A stretch of DNA of 64,000 nt from an uncultured Candidatus Saccharibacteria bacterium (GTDB taxonomy: Bacteria > Patescibacteriota > Minisyncoccia > Phycocordibacterales > UBA9973). Below the pieces are notes generated by a model. The model was not told where the DNA came from, made no database searches, and saw only the letters and a list, made by a program, of their open reading frames with translations. Position numbers and translations under genes: made by a program. Of this stretch, positions 25,306 through 36,592 are shown in pieces; within the stretch, counting starts at the first letter, position 1, and each line of letters begins with the position of its first letter. The stretch lies in the NCBI GenBank assembly GCA_964527235.1, contig CAZGNC010000001.1:83220-147219 (forward strand), written 5' to 3'.

Positions 25306-28300
25306 TTATACTTCCTTCACGGCTTCAATGATGATGCTTTTTTCGCCGTTGCGATTTGAGATTTTGCCAGTGAGTGCGATGCATTTTTCAGCGACTAGGA
25401 CATCTATGAAGTCTTTGAATATAGAAGGGAAAGTCACGGCTTCTATTGATCCTGTGAAATCAGCTATTTTAATAAACGCCATGCGTTCGTTTTTCTTGGT
25501 AACTACTTGCCGTACATTTTCTATGATTCCGGCAATTGTTACCGGCAGACCGTTGCCTAGTTCTTCTTTTATTTTTTTAATATTTACATCACGTTTCTCG
25601 AGTTTTTCACGAAGCCTGTCTAGCGGGTGGCCTGAGATATATAATCCTAGAAGTTCTTTCTCCCATAGTAGCTTTTCTGCCATGCTTGAGGGGGTGCCTT
25701 CTTTGAGCTTAAAGCCCACACTACTTGTTTCTGGTAAATCTCCAAAAAGAGAAACCTGGTTTTGATTCTGCGTGCCGGATTCTTTGTTGTAGGCAAGCAT
25801 GTCCTCGAGGTTGGATAACAATTTTCCTCTTTCTTCCCAGTCATCGAAACAGCCCGATTTAATTAAAGCCTCCATAGATTTCTTGTTTAGATTTTTGTGT
25901 TTGATTCTATCTAGGAAATCAGTGATTGATTTAAATTTACCTTTTGCTTTTCTCTCTTCGATTATTGCATCAGAGATATCAGTGCCGAGATTTTTAATTG
26001 TATAAAGTCCGAATCTTATCTTTTCACTTTTGTGATCTTTGTCTACTAGAATTTCATTTCCTCCTGGTAGGCAAGTGAAGCCTCCGAAACTTTCATTGAT
26101 GTGAGGCGGAAGCACTTGGATTTTCATATTTTTGCACTCCTCGATGATCTCAGCGATTTTCTCTACGTCCCCAGATTCGGCTGTTAGTATCGCAGCCATG
26201 TATTCCACTGGGTAATGAGCTTTCATGTACGCAGTCTGATAAGCCACTCGTCCGTAGCTCGCAGCGTGGGCCTTATTGAATCCATAAGCCTGGAAAGGTT
26301 CGAAAAGTTTCCATAAATCTTCGGCAAACTTTTTCGTCTGACCATTTTTGATAACTCCTTTCACGAATTTTTCATGCTGAGCTGCCATCTCTGCTGGGAT
26401 CTTTTTACCCACAGCTTTACGGAATTTATCTGCTTCTTCCCAGTTGTAACCTGCAAGTTCGAGTGCGCAGAAAAGTAGATCGTCCTGATACACAATCAAT
26501 CCATAAGATTCAGTTAAGAAATTCTTCATTCTAGGGTCTAGATATTTTATGAGGTTTGGATTGTGTTTACGTTTGATGTATTCAGGAATTGTCTCCATTG
26601 GTCCAGGACGATACAGTGCCACCATGGCATTGATGTCGTGAATCGAAGTTGGTTTGAGTTCTTTGAGATAACGAGTCATCCCAGAGCCGTTGAGCTGGAA
26701 CAATCCTTCGGTCTGGCCCTTAGCCAATAGAGAGAAAGTTTTCTTGTCGTCCAGTGGAATTTTCTCGATGTCGATTTCAATACCGTAGAACTTTTTCACT
26801 AATCTAACTGCATCTCCGAGAATAGCTAAGTTGCGAATTCCCAAGAAGTCGAATTTTAGTAGCCCAGCATCTTCGACGCTGTACATGTCGTACTGAGTTA
26901 TTATTTTCCCACCCTTTGGGTCGAGCTGTGTTGGTACGTACTCATATAGTGGTCCTGGAGCTATAACCACACCTGCGGCGTGCACTGAGATGTGCCTTAC
27001 GCAACCTTCTAACTTCTTTGCGAGATTAATTATTTCTTTAGTGTCTTTTTCTTTTTCGTATGCTTCTTTGAGTTCTGGGACTATCTCCATGGCATGATCT
27101 ATCGTCATGGGCATTCCTTGAGACCCCATTGGAATCATTTTGGAAATTCTATCACCGATGCCGTATGGATATCCCTGAGCACGAGCCACGTCACGAACCG
27201 CACCACGAGCCATCATAGTACCGAAGGTACCAATTTGAGCGACTTTGTCAGCGCCGTATTTTGATTTCGCGTACTCAATCATTTCATCGCGACGGTTGTC
27301 AGCGTAATCCATGTCGATATCGGGAGCCGAAGGACGAAATGGGTTTAAGAATCTTTCGAACGGGAGTTTGTACTCTATTGGGTTCATGTTGGTGATGCCA
27401 ATCAGGTAAGTAACCATAGAGCCTGCCACCGATCCGCGGATTGTTGTGAGTATTCCGTTTTCTCTAGCGTGGCGCAGTAGGTCTCCCACCACAAGAAAGT
27501 AAGGGGAGTAACCTTTATCGAAAATAATTTTCAGTTCGTATTCTAGACGATCAACTATTTCTTTAGTTTCTTCTAGTCCGCGATTTTTGATACCTGCGTA
27601 TGCAAGCTGGCGGAGTTTGTCATTATAAGACATGCCTTCTTCTATCTTTAAGTCAGGGAAAACCCAACGCCCGAGATCTAGCTCGAGGTCGCACATGTTG
27701 GCGACTTTTACAGTGTTAGTTACTGCCTCGGGGGTGTCTTTGAAAATTTCGAATGCTTCCTCGGTACTAATGAAAGAGAAGTTGTCGTTTGAGAATTCGA
27801 ATTTACTTGCGTCTTTTATGTCTCCTTGAGTGTTGATTTGTAGCAGTGTTTTGTGGGCGTCGTGGTCGTCAGCACATGGGTAATGTGAGTCTTGGGTAGC
27901 TACAAGGTCGACGTTGTGTTTGTGAGCTAGCTTTATCAAAGATTCACGCACAAATGCATCCTTCTCTACAGTAGGATGTTTTTGAATTTCTATAAAGTAA
28001 TTTTCTTTGCCGAAAATATCCTGATAGTCGGTTATGATTTTGTCAGCTGCTTCGAAATCTTCACGCAGAACTGCCTGAGAGAGCTCACCACCTAAACATC
28101 CTGAAAGCGCAATAATACCGTCAGAGTATTCACGTAGGATTTCTTTATCCATTCTGGGTTTGTAGTAGTAGCCTTCGAGGTTGGCGAGTGTGACAAGGCG
28201 GATAAGGTTTTTGTAGCCCTGCATGTTTTTCGCAAGTAGGGTCAGGTGGTAGTAGCGCTTAGTGCCGTTGGCTTCAGTTGTCTTATCTTTACGACTTCCG

Positions 28301-28524
28301 GCTGTCATGTATGCTTCAACACCAATAATAGGCTTAACACCGGCCTTCTTGGCTAATTTATAGAACTCTATTGCGCCGTACATGTTGCCGTGGTCAGTGA
28401 TAGCTATAGCGGGCATATTGAACTTCTTGGCTAGGTTAACTAAATCCTCAAGTTTTGAAAGCCCGTCTAGAAGGGAGTAGTGGCTGTGGGTATGCAGATG
28501 TACGAAGCTTTTTTCCATGCCCAT
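25306..28524 (-). CDS. dnaE: DNA polymerase III alpha subunit
   Basis: N-terminal PHP domain [14 protein letters not shown]. 1072 aa with the polymerase core. The likely true start is MEKSF at 28518, placed 8 nt after a TATAAT box. Confidence 0.95.
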   Translation of the reverse strand: MGMEKSFVHLHTHSHYSLLDGLSKLEDLVNLAKKFNMPAIAITDHGNMYGAIEFYKLAKKAGVKPIIGVEAYMTAGSRKDKTTEANGTKRYYHLTLLAKNMQGYKNLIRLVTLANLEGYYYKPRMDKEILREYSDGIIALSGCLGGELSQAVLREDFEAADKIITDYQDIFGKENYFIEIQKHPTVEKDAFVRESLIKLAHKHNVDLVATQDSHYPCADDHDAHKTLLQINTQGDIKDASKFEFSNDNFSFISTEEAFEIFKDTPEAVTNTVKVANMCDLELDLGRWVFPDLKIEEGMSYNDKLRQLAYAGIKNRGLEETKEIVDRLEYELKIIFDKGYSPYFLVVGDLLRHARENGILTTIRGSVAGSMVTYLIGITNMNPIEYKLPFERFLNPFRPSAPDIDMDYADNRRDEMIEYAKSKYGADKVAQIGTFGTMMARGAVRDVARAQGYPYGIGDRISKMIPMGSQGMPMTIDHAMEIVPELKEAYEKEKDTKEIINLAKKLEGCVRHISVHAAGVVIAPGPLYEYVPTQLDPKGGKIITQYDMYSVEDAGLLKFDFLGIRNLAILGDAVRLVKKFYGIEIDIEKIPLDDKKTFSLLAKGQTEGLFQLNGSGMTRYLKELKPTSIHDINAMVALYRPGPMETIPEYIKRKHNPNLIKYLDPRMKNFLTESYGLIVYQDDLLFCALELAGYNWEEADKFRKAVGKKIPAEMAAQHEKFVKGVIKNGQTKKFAEDLWKLFEPFQAYGFNKAHAASYGRVAYQTAYMKAHYPVEYMAAILTAESGDVEKIAEIIEECKNMKIQVLPPHINESFGGFTCLPGGNEILVDKDHKSEKIRFGLYTIKNLGTDISDAIIEERKAKGKFKSITDFLDRIKHKNLNKKSMEALIKSGCFDDWEERGKLLSNLEDMLAYNKESGTQNQNQVSLFGDLPETSSVGFKLKEGTPSSMAEKLLWEKELLGLYISGHPLDRLREKLEKRDVNIKKIKEELGNGLPVTIAGIIENVRQVVTKKNERMAFIKIADFTGSIEAVTFPSIFKDFIDVLVAEKCIALTGKISNRNGEKSIIIEAVKEV

Positions 28525-28565
28525 TGATTATACTAGTTTTTTATTTTTTTGGTATAATTAAAATT

Positions 28566-29588
28566 ATGAAAAAAATAAGAGTTGGAATTAATGGTTTCGG
28601 TAGAATCGGACGAGCTTTTTTGAAAATAGCGTGGGAACGTCCAGAATTGGAGATAGTTGCAGTAAATGATTTGGGGGATGTGCACAACTTAGCTTATTTA
28701 TTAAAACATGACACAGTCTACAGAGAGTGGAAGCATGAGATAAGCGCTGAAGGACAGATAATTAAAATTGATGGAAAGGAAGTGAAAGTTCTAGCCGAGA
28801 AAGATCCTGCGATGCTTCCTTGGAAGGATTTAGAAGTAGATGTAGTTGTAGAGTCTACTGGACTTTTCACTTCTTACGATAAAGCTAATGCACACATTAA
28901 AGCTGGCGCTAAGAAAGTTGTAATTTCTGCCCCTTCAAAAGGTGGAGACGACAGTGTGCATGGAGAGACAATACTACTTGCGGTGAATGAAGAAAAATTC
29001 GGAACTTGTGATGTTACCTCGAATGCTTCTTGTACCACGAATGCAGCTTCTCCACTTATAGCGATACTTGATGAAACATTAGGAATCGAGAAAGCGATTT
29101 TAAGTACAGTGCATGGCTATACTGCATCTCAAGCATTAGTTGATGGTCCAAGCAAGAAAGACATGCGTGAAGGTCGTGCAGCAGCGCAAAACATAGTGCC
29201 TTCTTCTACAGGAGCAGCTATCGCAGTAACGAAAGCTTTTACCAAACTCGAAGGACTCTTTGACGGGATATCTATCCGCGTGCCAGTACCAGCGGGGTCT
29301 ATTGCGGATATTACTTTCATTTCCAAAAAAGAAACTACAGCTGAAGAAGTAAATGAAATATTGAAGAAAGCTGCGTCTGATAAAAGATGGCAAGGAGTTT
29401 TCGCTGTTACCGAAGAGCCACTCGTTTCGAGTGATATATTGGGCAATTCCCATGCATCCATCGCAGACCTCGAGATGACTCGAGTGGTGGGTGGTAATTT
29501 AGTGAAAGTTTTAGGTTGGTATGACAATGAAATGGGGTATACATATACGCTTGTAGACCACGTTATCAAAACAGGTCAGTTGATTTAG
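28566..29588 (+). CDS. gap: Glyceraldehyde-3-phosphate dehydrogenase
   Basis: INGFGRIGR NAD-binding motif; active-site ASCTTN. Start is at MKKIRVG. Extended -10 TGGTATAAT lies 7 nt before the ATG, so the transcript is likely leaderless. Confidence 0.95.
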   Translation: MKKIRVGINGFGRIGRAFLKIAWERPELEIVAVNDLGDVHNLAYLLKHDTVYREWKHEISAEGQIIKIDGKEVKVLAEKDPAMLPWKDLEVDVVVESTGLFTSYDKANAHIKAGAKKVVISAPSKGGDDSVHGETILLAVNEEKFGTCDVTSNASCTTNAASPLIAILDETLGIEKAILSTVHGYTASQALVDGPSKKDMREGRAAAQNIVPSSTGAAIAVTKAFTKLEGLFDGISIRVPVPAGSIADITFISKKETTAEEVNEILKKAASDKRWQGVFAVTEEPLVSSDILGNSHASIADLEMTRVVGGNLVKVLGWYDNEMGYTYTLVDHVIKTGQLI

Positions 29589-29592
29589 TTAC

Positions 29593-29937
29593 ATGAAAAC
29601 TATAAAAAGTTACAGACTTCTTTTTCCACTTAGTCTTGTATTGCTTTTAATTGTTGCTGCCTCCGAAATGAATTTAAACCTAGAATTACGTTATGATGTA
29701 GCTATCCTTTTATTATTTTTCGGTTTAGTACTATTTGTTTTTAGCTTACTTGATATTATCTTATGTCTCGCTCGCGAAAAGATGAGTTTTGGACTAATAC
29801 CCCTTAATCAGAAATTTTCGAAAACGCTAAAATATTTTGGTTTAACAATAATCATCATAATTACAGTCATTATCGCAATTATCCTTGCCTACCTCGTGTT
29901 TTTTGTGTGGCAGGTTTCATTTGGGCACTGGTGGTGA
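29593..29937 (+). CDS. Hypothetical small membrane protein (3 TM)
   Basis: Hydrophobic helices, no motif. Confidence 0.4.
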   Translation: MKTIKSYRLLFPLSLVLLLIVAASEMNLNLELRYDVAILLLFFGLVLFVFSLLDIILCLAREKMSFGLIPLNQKFSKTLKYFGLTIIIIITVIIAIILAYLVFFVWQVSFGHWW

Positions 29938-30025
29938 TTAAAGTTGTATCTCCAAATTACCTTGATCTATTTTAGGAGTTATTGCGATAAGGTTGCTTTG
30001 TGTGGTGGTGTGGTATAATCATTAT

Positions 30026-30505
30026 ATGAAAATTTTTGTTGGAACAGATCATGCGGGGTATGTTTTAAAAGAGAAACTTGTGGTTTTGCTCAAGGGTCTT
30101 GGGCACGAAGTAGTTGATAAAGGAGCTTTCGGATACAACGAAGAAGATGATTATCCTGATTTTGTTATACCAGTAGCAGAAGAAGTTTCCAAGAATCCAG
30201 ATACCGTAAAAGGGATTATATTAGGAGCCACAGGTCAAGGAGAAGCTATGGTTGCTAATAAATTTCCTCATGTTCGTGCAGTTGTATATTATGGTGAAGC
30301 ACATAGTGTGGTGGATGATGAAGCCGATGTGGTAGAAAGATCCAGGGCGCATAATAATTCTAATATTCTTTCTTTGGGCGCCAGATATCTCACAGAAGAA
30401 ATTATGACTAATGCTGTTGCGTTGTGGCTCCAAACACCATTTAGTGAAGGAGAAAGACACATTCGTCGTTTGGCAAAAATTGATAAAATAAAAATAAATG
30501 GTTGA
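30026..30505 (+). CDS. rpiB: Ribose-5-phosphate isomerase B (RpiB/LacAB family)
   Basis: MKIFVGTDHAGYVLKEKLVVLLKGLGHEVVD. Extended -10 TGGTATAAT lies 6 nt before the ATG. Confidence 0.85.
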   Translation: MKIFVGTDHAGYVLKEKLVVLLKGLGHEVVDKGAFGYNEEDDYPDFVIPVAEEVSKNPDTVKGIILGATGQGEAMVANKFPHVRAVVYYGEAHSVVDDEADVVERSRAHNNSNILSLGARYLTEEIMTNAVALWLQTPFSEGERHIRRLAKIDKIKING

Positions 30506-31190
30506 AGTAATTCCGGCAATTTTGCCGAAAAATTATGAAAATCTGAAAAACGACGTCGCGCTCGTGCGTGGGGTTGTTCCTCTAGTTCAAATAGATATAT
30601 GCGATGGAGTTTTCACCAAGTCTCGGACTTGGCCTTTCTTGGGTGGGGATTTCGATATTCACTTCAAGGCGATAATGAATGAAGAGGAAGGGATGCCTTT
30701 TTGGGAAGATATCGACTTTGAGCTTGATTTGATGGTAGCTGACGCGGTGGAGAATTTCGATATTTATACCAAACTTGGTCCGAAAAGTATTATTTTTCAC
30801 ATAGAAGCAGTAGGGAATTTGGAAAGTTTCAAGGATTTCATCGAAGGTATAGATATGTATATCAGAGATAGTATGAAAATTGGGGTAGCTATTAATCCTT
30901 CAACTCCACTTGAAAATATTTTCCCACTAATTTCTCACATTGATTTTGTGCAATGCATGGGTAACGACACATTGGGGCACCACGGTGTAGAACTAGATGA
31001 AAAAGTATATGAGAGAATAAAAATTTTACGAGAAAAGTATTCTGATCTACCCATCGCTATCGATATAGGTGTTGATCAAGACACAGCACCAGCATTAGTA
31101 GAAGCAGGAGTTACTAAACTTGTCTCAGGCTCTGCTATTTTCAACACTGATGATATAATTGATACTGTAGAACGTTTTCGAAATTTATAA
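30498..31190 (+). CDS. rpe: Ribulose-phosphate 3-epimerase-like (TIM barrel)
   Basis: VIPAILPKNYENL...VQIDICDGVFT and C-terminal VSGSAIF align with Rpe (IAPSILSADF...HFDVMDNHYVPN...VAGSAIF). Confidence 0.65.
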   Translation: MVEVIPAILPKNYENLKNDVALVRGVVPLVQIDICDGVFTKSRTWPFLGGDFDIHFKAIMNEEEGMPFWEDIDFELDLMVADAVENFDIYTKLGPKSIIFHIEAVGNLESFKDFIEGIDMYIRDSMKIGVAINPSTPLENIFPLISHIDFVQCMGNDTLGHHGVELDEKVYERIKILREKYSDLPIAIDIGVDQDTAPALVEAGVTKLVSGSAIFNTDDIIDTVERFRNL

Positions 31191-31191
31191 T

Positions 31192-32052
31192 ATGCTAAGC
31201 GACAAGAAAATTTTAGATTTAGAATTACAAGCGAACGAAGTTCGTAAATCTATTATTGAGATGTTGGTAGAAGCAGGTAGTGGTCACACAGCAGGGCCTC
31301 TGGGCATGGCTGATATTTTCACGCTTTTTTATTTTGATATTTTAAAAAATGATCCCAAGAACACTTCTTGGGAAGATCGTGACCGACTAGTGCTTTCCAA
31401 TGGACACATTGCTCCAGTTTTGTATTCTGCTATGGCGCATGCAGGGTATTTCCCAGTTTCTGAGCTTAAAACTTTACGTAAATTTGGGACTAGGCTTCAA
31501 GGTCATCCACACAGAGAGTTTATGCCTTGGCTCGAGACGTCATCAGGCCCTCTCGGCGCAGGACTTTCCCAGGCTGTTGGTATGGCGCTAGCTGATAGAA
31601 TCGATAAGAAAGATGGAGATAGATATATATATTGTTTTATGTCTGATGGTGAGCTCGGAGAAGGGAATTCCTGGGAGGCAATAATGCTTGCAGGGAAAAA
31701 TCAATTACGAAATCTCATCGCTATTATTGATAGAAACAATATTCAGATCGACGGGAACACAGAAGACGTGTTGCCCCTCGAACCTCTTGCTTCAAAATGG
31801 AAAGCTTTTAATTGGCATGTGATTGAAGTGTCAGGACATGATTTTCTGGCGCTTAAGCAAGCAGTAGTTGAAGCGCAAGCAATATTTGAAAAGCCGACAG
31901 TGATAATAGCACACACCATCCCAGGTAAAGGTGTGCATGAATTTGAGCGAGATTATACCTGGCACGGTAAACCACCCTCAAAAGAAGAAGCCAAGATGGC
32001 CCTGGCTGAGCTTCATACTCTTGGTGGTAAAATAAAAAGTGAACATCAATAA
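31192..32052 (+). CDS. Transketolase, N-terminal (thiamine-diphosphate-binding) subunit of a split enzyme
   Basis: GHTAGPLGMADIF and MSDGELGEGNSWEA (TPP-binding GDG-like motif). Confidence 0.85.
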   Translation: MLSDKKILDLELQANEVRKSIIEMLVEAGSGHTAGPLGMADIFTLFYFDILKNDPKNTSWEDRDRLVLSNGHIAPVLYSAMAHAGYFPVSELKTLRKFGTRLQGHPHREFMPWLETSSGPLGAGLSQAVGMALADRIDKKDGDRYIYCFMSDGELGEGNSWEAIMLAGKNQLRNLIAIIDRNNIQIDGNTEDVLPLEPLASKWKAFNWHVIEVSGHDFLALKQAVVEAQAIFEKPTVIIAHTIPGKGVHEFERDYTWHGKPPSKEEAKMALAELHTLGGKIKSEHQ

Positions 32053-32054
32053 AA

Positions 32055-33059
32055 ATGCTTAATCCAAAATTAAAATTAAATCCTAAAATTTTCTCTCAAG
32101 ATGTAGAGCAAGCCCCTATTCGTAAAGGTTTCGGCGAAGGTTTAGTAAAAGCAGGGGAAGAAAACTCCCAAGTGGTTGCCCTGTGTGCAGATCTCACAGA
32201 GTCTACTCAGATGCACCTTTTCAAAGCGAAATTTCCTGAAAGGTTTGTAGAGATTGGTGTAGCAGAACAGAATCTCGTTACCGTGTCTTCAGGAATGTCT
32301 GCGATGGGCAAGATCCCTTTTTGTTCTTCTTATGCGATGTTTTCTCCTGGAAGAAATTGGGAACAAATTCGCACTACTATTGCTTATAACGATAGGAAGG
32401 TTGTGGTAGTGGGAAGCCACGCCGGAATTTCTGTGGGCCCAGATGGCGGAACTCATCAAGCCCTAGAAGACATTGCACTCATGCGAGTAATTCCTAACAT
32501 GGATGTAATTTCTCCATGTGATGTTATAGAGGCTAAGAAAGCGACACTTGCTTTAGCGAAATCTAAACGACCTGCGTATCTACGCCTAGCACGTGAGAAA
32601 ACTCCAGTAATTACAACCGAAGAAACCCCGTATGAAATAGGTAAGGCAGAAATATATTGGATGCCTGAAGTCGGTGTAGCGCAAGTAGGTATTGTTGTGA
32701 CTGGTGGTTTAATTTCTCGTGCATTATTCGCTGCGAAAGAATTAGAAGAAGAGGGAATCAAGACTAAAGTATTAAATCTCTCTTCCATTAAACCATTAGA
32801 CTCTGATGCGATACTAAAATTAGCTAAAGAAGTAAATGCAATAGTGACAGTTGAAGAACATCAAGTCGCTGGGGGGATGGGCAGCGCGGTTTCTGAATTT
32901 CTTTCTCAGAATTATCCAGTTATTGTTGAGCGTGTCGGTGTGCGGGATCAGTTTGGACAATCAGGTACCCCAGATGAGCTAATAGAGCACTATGGCATGG
33001 GGAAGAATTCTATAAAAGAGTCTGTTAAAAAGGTTCTAAAGTCCAAAAGAGCGCAATAA
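32055..33059 (+). CDS. Transketolase, C-terminal (pyrimidine-binding) subunit
   Basis: GVAEQNLV and GSHAGISVGPDGGTHQALEDIALMRVIPNM. Confidence 0.85.
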   Translation: MLNPKLKLNPKIFSQDVEQAPIRKGFGEGLVKAGEENSQVVALCADLTESTQMHLFKAKFPERFVEIGVAEQNLVTVSSGMSAMGKIPFCSSYAMFSPGRNWEQIRTTIAYNDRKVVVVGSHAGISVGPDGGTHQALEDIALMRVIPNMDVISPCDVIEAKKATLALAKSKRPAYLRLAREKTPVITTEETPYEIGKAEIYWMPEVGVAQVGIVVTGGLISRALFAAKELEEEGIKTKVLNLSSIKPLDSDAILKLAKEVNAIVTVEEHQVAGGMGSAVSEFLSQNYPVIVERVGVRDQFGQSGTPDELIEHYGMGKNSIKESVKKVLKSKRAQ

Positions 33060-33118
33060 TTTGTTATTGTGGATAACTTTATTTATAAGCTTAAGCTCTA
33101 GGGTGATATAATTAATTT

Positions 33119-36100
33119 ATGAAAAAATTCATAATTGGCTTTTTATTTTTTGGAACTTTTTTATTGATTCCAAGTATTAGTCTTGCTCAGACTTCAGGAT
33201 TTGGTGGTTATGATCCTAATAAGCCTCCAGCAGGTTATGATGCTGATTGTTGGGCAACTAAATTTTCTAGCCAAGGCGTGGGAGTTGACCTAAGAACAGG
33301 AAAGAGTGTTGATTTCCATTGTCGTGCTTTGACTGATAATACTACTGCGAAGTTTCCCAATGATTGGTATCAATGGACTGCTCAGCAATGGCAAACCATG
33401 TTTGCGGATGTGAAAACCAATCCTTATATCAAAGGTACCGTCACCGCGACGACTTTTTCTTGGGCAGAACAAGCTTATAACCAGGCTGGCATAAAAGCTG
33501 CGGCTGATTTAATGGCGCATAACTTAACAGTATCTCAAGCTGTTTCGGGAAATTGGCCAGGAGGACCTAATTATAAACCAGTTACTACTTCTTCCAATTC
33601 CACCAGTTCAGCAACTGTTGATGTAAAAGCAGATGGTCAGGATGGAGGAGTGAGTGTTCCAGCTTTTTCTAATGTTTCTATCTCTTGGACTTCAAGCGGT
33701 ATGAATGTTTGTAATATTTCTGCTCCAGATGCAAGTTCTCGTGTTTCCAATAGCGGTTCTTTAACAATGACCGTCCCATCTAGAATTGGATACACAAATA
33801 ATTGGCCATATACGATTTATTGTCTGGATTCAGGTGGTCAGAGATTTTCAGATACAGTTACAGTGAGTGCTACTCCAGCGTCTTTCCCTGCGAAGCCTGC
33901 ACCAATACCATTCATTGCTACTATGGCTAGTGGTTCTGATTGCCAGGCTGTAAATATTTCTTGGGGTTCATATGATTTAAATACAGCTTCAAGTTTCAAT
34001 ATATATCGAGATAGTATTAAAGTTGGTAGTGTAAACGCTAATGTATATAACTATCAGGACACAGGTCTGGTTGTCGGTAAAACTTATAGATATACAGTAC
34101 GAGCTGTTGGTACAAATGGTGAGTCTTTAGATTCGAATGCATCCTCATCTATTCCTAGTGGTTCTTGCAGTTCGTCAAATCCTAATCCCTCAACTATCAC
34201 ATACCCAACTCCAACCCTACCCACAACCACGACAACTACCACCAAAACTACACCCAACGTATTACCAGTAGGTTGTTCTACTACCGCAGGGCTAAGTCCA
34301 ATAACAGGAATTGCTTGCTCGAGTAATGGTGCAACAACCTACTATACTTCTTCAACTCCTACAGTGAAGGCCTCAGGATCATTGCCAATAAATCTTATCG
34401 CTTCTCCGTCTTCGATTTCTGCTGGTCAGGCGTCTACAATTGCGTGGAGTTCTACGGGGTTCACATCTTGTTCTAGTATAGATTTTTATGTTCCAAGAGG
34501 GAATTCAACTGCGGGTTCTGCTGTGGTGTATCCATCTAGAACCACAACATTTTGGATTGAATGTACAAAATCTTCTGGTGTAGAACAAAAGTCAGTCACT
34601 ATAACTGTAGGTGGCACTGGTAGTTCGTCTTCTGGTGGTTATGTGCCTCCCACCACGACTCTACCTATTGGAACAACACCACCTACTGTTGGCACTCCAA
34701 CGGTTGTACCGTCTTCTTACTGTGTTGGTAATGTTTTACCTACCATTCCGACCCCACCAGGACCGGTACCAACAGGTTGGGATGGTGTGTACACACGCGC
34801 TATTGATTTGATGGCGACAATGCAAAACAACATGAGTACCAACTATGTACTCGCGGCTCAATATAATTTACTTTCTGCTATGTTGGGAGCTCAGGGTGGG
34901 CAAAATGATTACACTCCGCCAGCAAATATCGCACCATTTCATACCTGGGTTAATTTAGTTTACAGAGCAGGGAGTGCTTGGGTGGGTGAAAGGGCTGTTA
35001 CAGGTCCTAATGGGCAAGGAATTCTACAAACTACCACTACTGGATCGTCACTATCTCAGTTGTTAAATTCTTACGGTGTTAATTGGCTACCTACATGTCC
35101 AGGGTCTTCTGGAACTGGTTCAGGAAGTGCCGTAATAACTTCTTTTACTGCGTCTCCTGATTCAATTTCTTCTGGAAATTCTTCAACTCTTTCTTGGACT
35201 ACAAGAAATGCTTCTTCCTGTGAAATAATAGGATCAATTAATGAAACAGTTCCAGTAAATGGGAAAAAAGTTGTTAGCCCTTCGGAGACTTCGTATTATG
35301 TTTTGCAGTGCACGAGTGCCAATGGGGTTACTGGTGTCGGGAAATATGTAACTGTCGATGGTTTACCTTTTGTGCCGAAAAATCCTGTGATTTCTATAGA
35401 TGTGTCTCCAAATATTATTACAGTTCCTCCTCTGACTTCAAGGACAATTGATGCGACTGTTAGCTGGAGCACAACTAATGCCATAACATGTTCAGGTGAC
35501 TTTGATGTTAATAGTGGTTCTGTAAAAAAAGCTCTTTCTGGATCAGAAATTGTTAAGATTCAAGTACCACCTAGTGCCTCGGGTGATACAGAAAGACATG
35601 TATTTACTTTGACTTGTGGAGGGGTGGGCACTAATAACATTTCTAAGTACACTACTTTAGATGTTAAGATCAGCAATGCGTCTCAGTCAAATTCTACAAA
35701 ATTTAAGGTTGGAGATAGTGTGTCTACTACTTCAATGTTGAACGTTCGTAGTTCAGCATCGATCAATGGTCAGGTATTAGGTACTCAAGCCAGGGGCGCA
35801 GTAGGTAAAATTATTAGCGGTGGTAATTACATAGATGGATATTATTGGTGGCAGGTTGATTATGTGAATGGCGATGACGGATGGAGTGCAGAGAACTATT
35901 TAACCAAGAGCACAAGTTCTTCTAGTACATCTTCTGGTGTACCTGCGTCTGTGAATGTAACTGGAGTTAAAGATGGGGATACAGTTTCTGGCACCTTGCA
36001 ACTCGGATTTGATTTTACTGGTGATACTTGTACATCCACTGATGGTGTTACCAAAGCCCCTTGCTCCTTGAATTGGCATACAGTAATTCTTTTAAGGAAT

Positions 36101-36580
36101 GACTCCGTGACTCAGGATTTTCTAGGATACAGAAACAGTTCTGATCCTTTTATTACAACACTAGATACAAAAACTTTAGCCGATGGTTGGCATGTAATTA
36201 TGGTTAGACCACAAGTAAATGTTCCTGTTGGGTTTACTCTAGACATGACGAAAGCGATTTATTTTAAAGTTGATAACAACAAGGCCGCGAAAACAACTCT
36301 TATAACTTCTCCTTTGGGTGTATCAACGACTAATGGAGGCACAATACAAGTAGATGCTCAGACCTCAAATTCTGCTGCCAATGTTCAATTTTTTGTTGGC
36401 AACGGCATATATCAAACAGTTGCCCCAATAAATGGCAAAGCCAGCGTGAATGTGTCTTATTCACAATTCAAGAACAATACAGGTATTCCTTTGTGGCCTG
36501 TACAGATATGTGCTCAGGCTAATTTCTCAGCAACTGGAGGTTTCTCTACCAGCACACCTGATTGTGTGTTTGTTAAATAG
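33119..36580 (+). CDS. 1153-aa secreted multidomain surface protein (Ig/FN3-like repeats plus a bacterial SH3-like domain)
   Basis: Signal peptide. FN3-like ...GKTYRYTVRAVGTNGES. Thr/Pro linker TPTLPTTTTTTTKTTP. Repeated ~90-aa Ig-like units (SISSGNSSTLSWTTRNASSCEI / SISAGQASTIAWSSTGFTSCSS). SH3b-like KVGDSVSTTSMLNVRSSASINGQVLGTQARGAVGKI...WWQVDY. Confidence 0.6.
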   Translation: MKKFIIGFLFFGTFLLIPSISLAQTSGFGGYDPNKPPAGYDADCWATKFSSQGVGVDLRTGKSVDFHCRALTDNTTAKFPNDWYQWTAQQWQTMFADVKTNPYIKGTVTATTFSWAEQAYNQAGIKAAADLMAHNLTVSQAVSGNWPGGPNYKPVTTSSNSTSSATVDVKADGQDGGVSVPAFSNVSISWTSSGMNVCNISAPDASSRVSNSGSLTMTVPSRIGYTNNWPYTIYCLDSGGQRFSDTVTVSATPASFPAKPAPIPFIATMASGSDCQAVNISWGSYDLNTASSFNIYRDSIKVGSVNANVYNYQDTGLVVGKTYRYTVRAVGTNGESLDSNASSSIPSGSCSSSNPNPSTITYPTPTLPTTTTTTTKTTPNVLPVGCSTTAGLSPITGIACSSNGATTYYTSSTPTVKASGSLPINLIASPSSISAGQASTIAWSSTGFTSCSSIDFYVPRGNSTAGSAVVYPSRTTTFWIECTKSSGVEQKSVTITVGGTGSSSSGGYVPPTTTLPIGTTPPTVGTPTVVPSSYCVGNVLPTIPTPPGPVPTGWDGVYTRAIDLMATMQNNMSTNYVLAAQYNLLSAMLGAQGGQNDYTPPANIAPFHTWVNLVYRAGSAWVGERAVTGPNGQGILQTTTTGSSLSQLLNSYGVNWLPTCPGSSGTGSGSAVITSFTASPDSISSGNSSTLSWTTRNASSCEIIGSINETVPVNGKKVVSPSETSYYVLQCTSANGVTGVGKYVTVDGLPFVPKNPVISIDVSPNIITVPPLTSRTIDATVSWSTTNAITCSGDFDVNSGSVKKALSGSEIVKIQVPPSASGDTERHVFTLTCGGVGTNNISKYTTLDVKISNASQSNSTKFKVGDSVSTTSMLNVRSSASINGQVLGTQARGAVGKIISGGNYIDGYYWWQVDYVNGDDGWSAENYLTKSTSSSSTSSGVPASVNVTGVKDGDTVSGTLQLGFDFTGDTCTSTDGVTKAPCSLNWHTVILLRNDSVTQDFLGYRNSSDPFITTLDTKTLADGWHVIMVRPQVNVPVGFTLDMTKAIYFKVDNNKAAKTTLITSPLGVSTTNGGTIQVDAQTSNSAANVQFFVGNGIYQTVAPINGKASVNVSYSQFKNNTGIPLWPVQICAQANFSATGGFSTSTPDCVFVK

Positions 36581-36592
36581 TATATTGTCAGC

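Noticed and set aside
25328-25765. Plus-strand 145-aa ORF and other short ORFs inside dnaE
   Set aside because: They are antisense to a well-supported 1072-aa dnaE with PHP and polymerase motifs.
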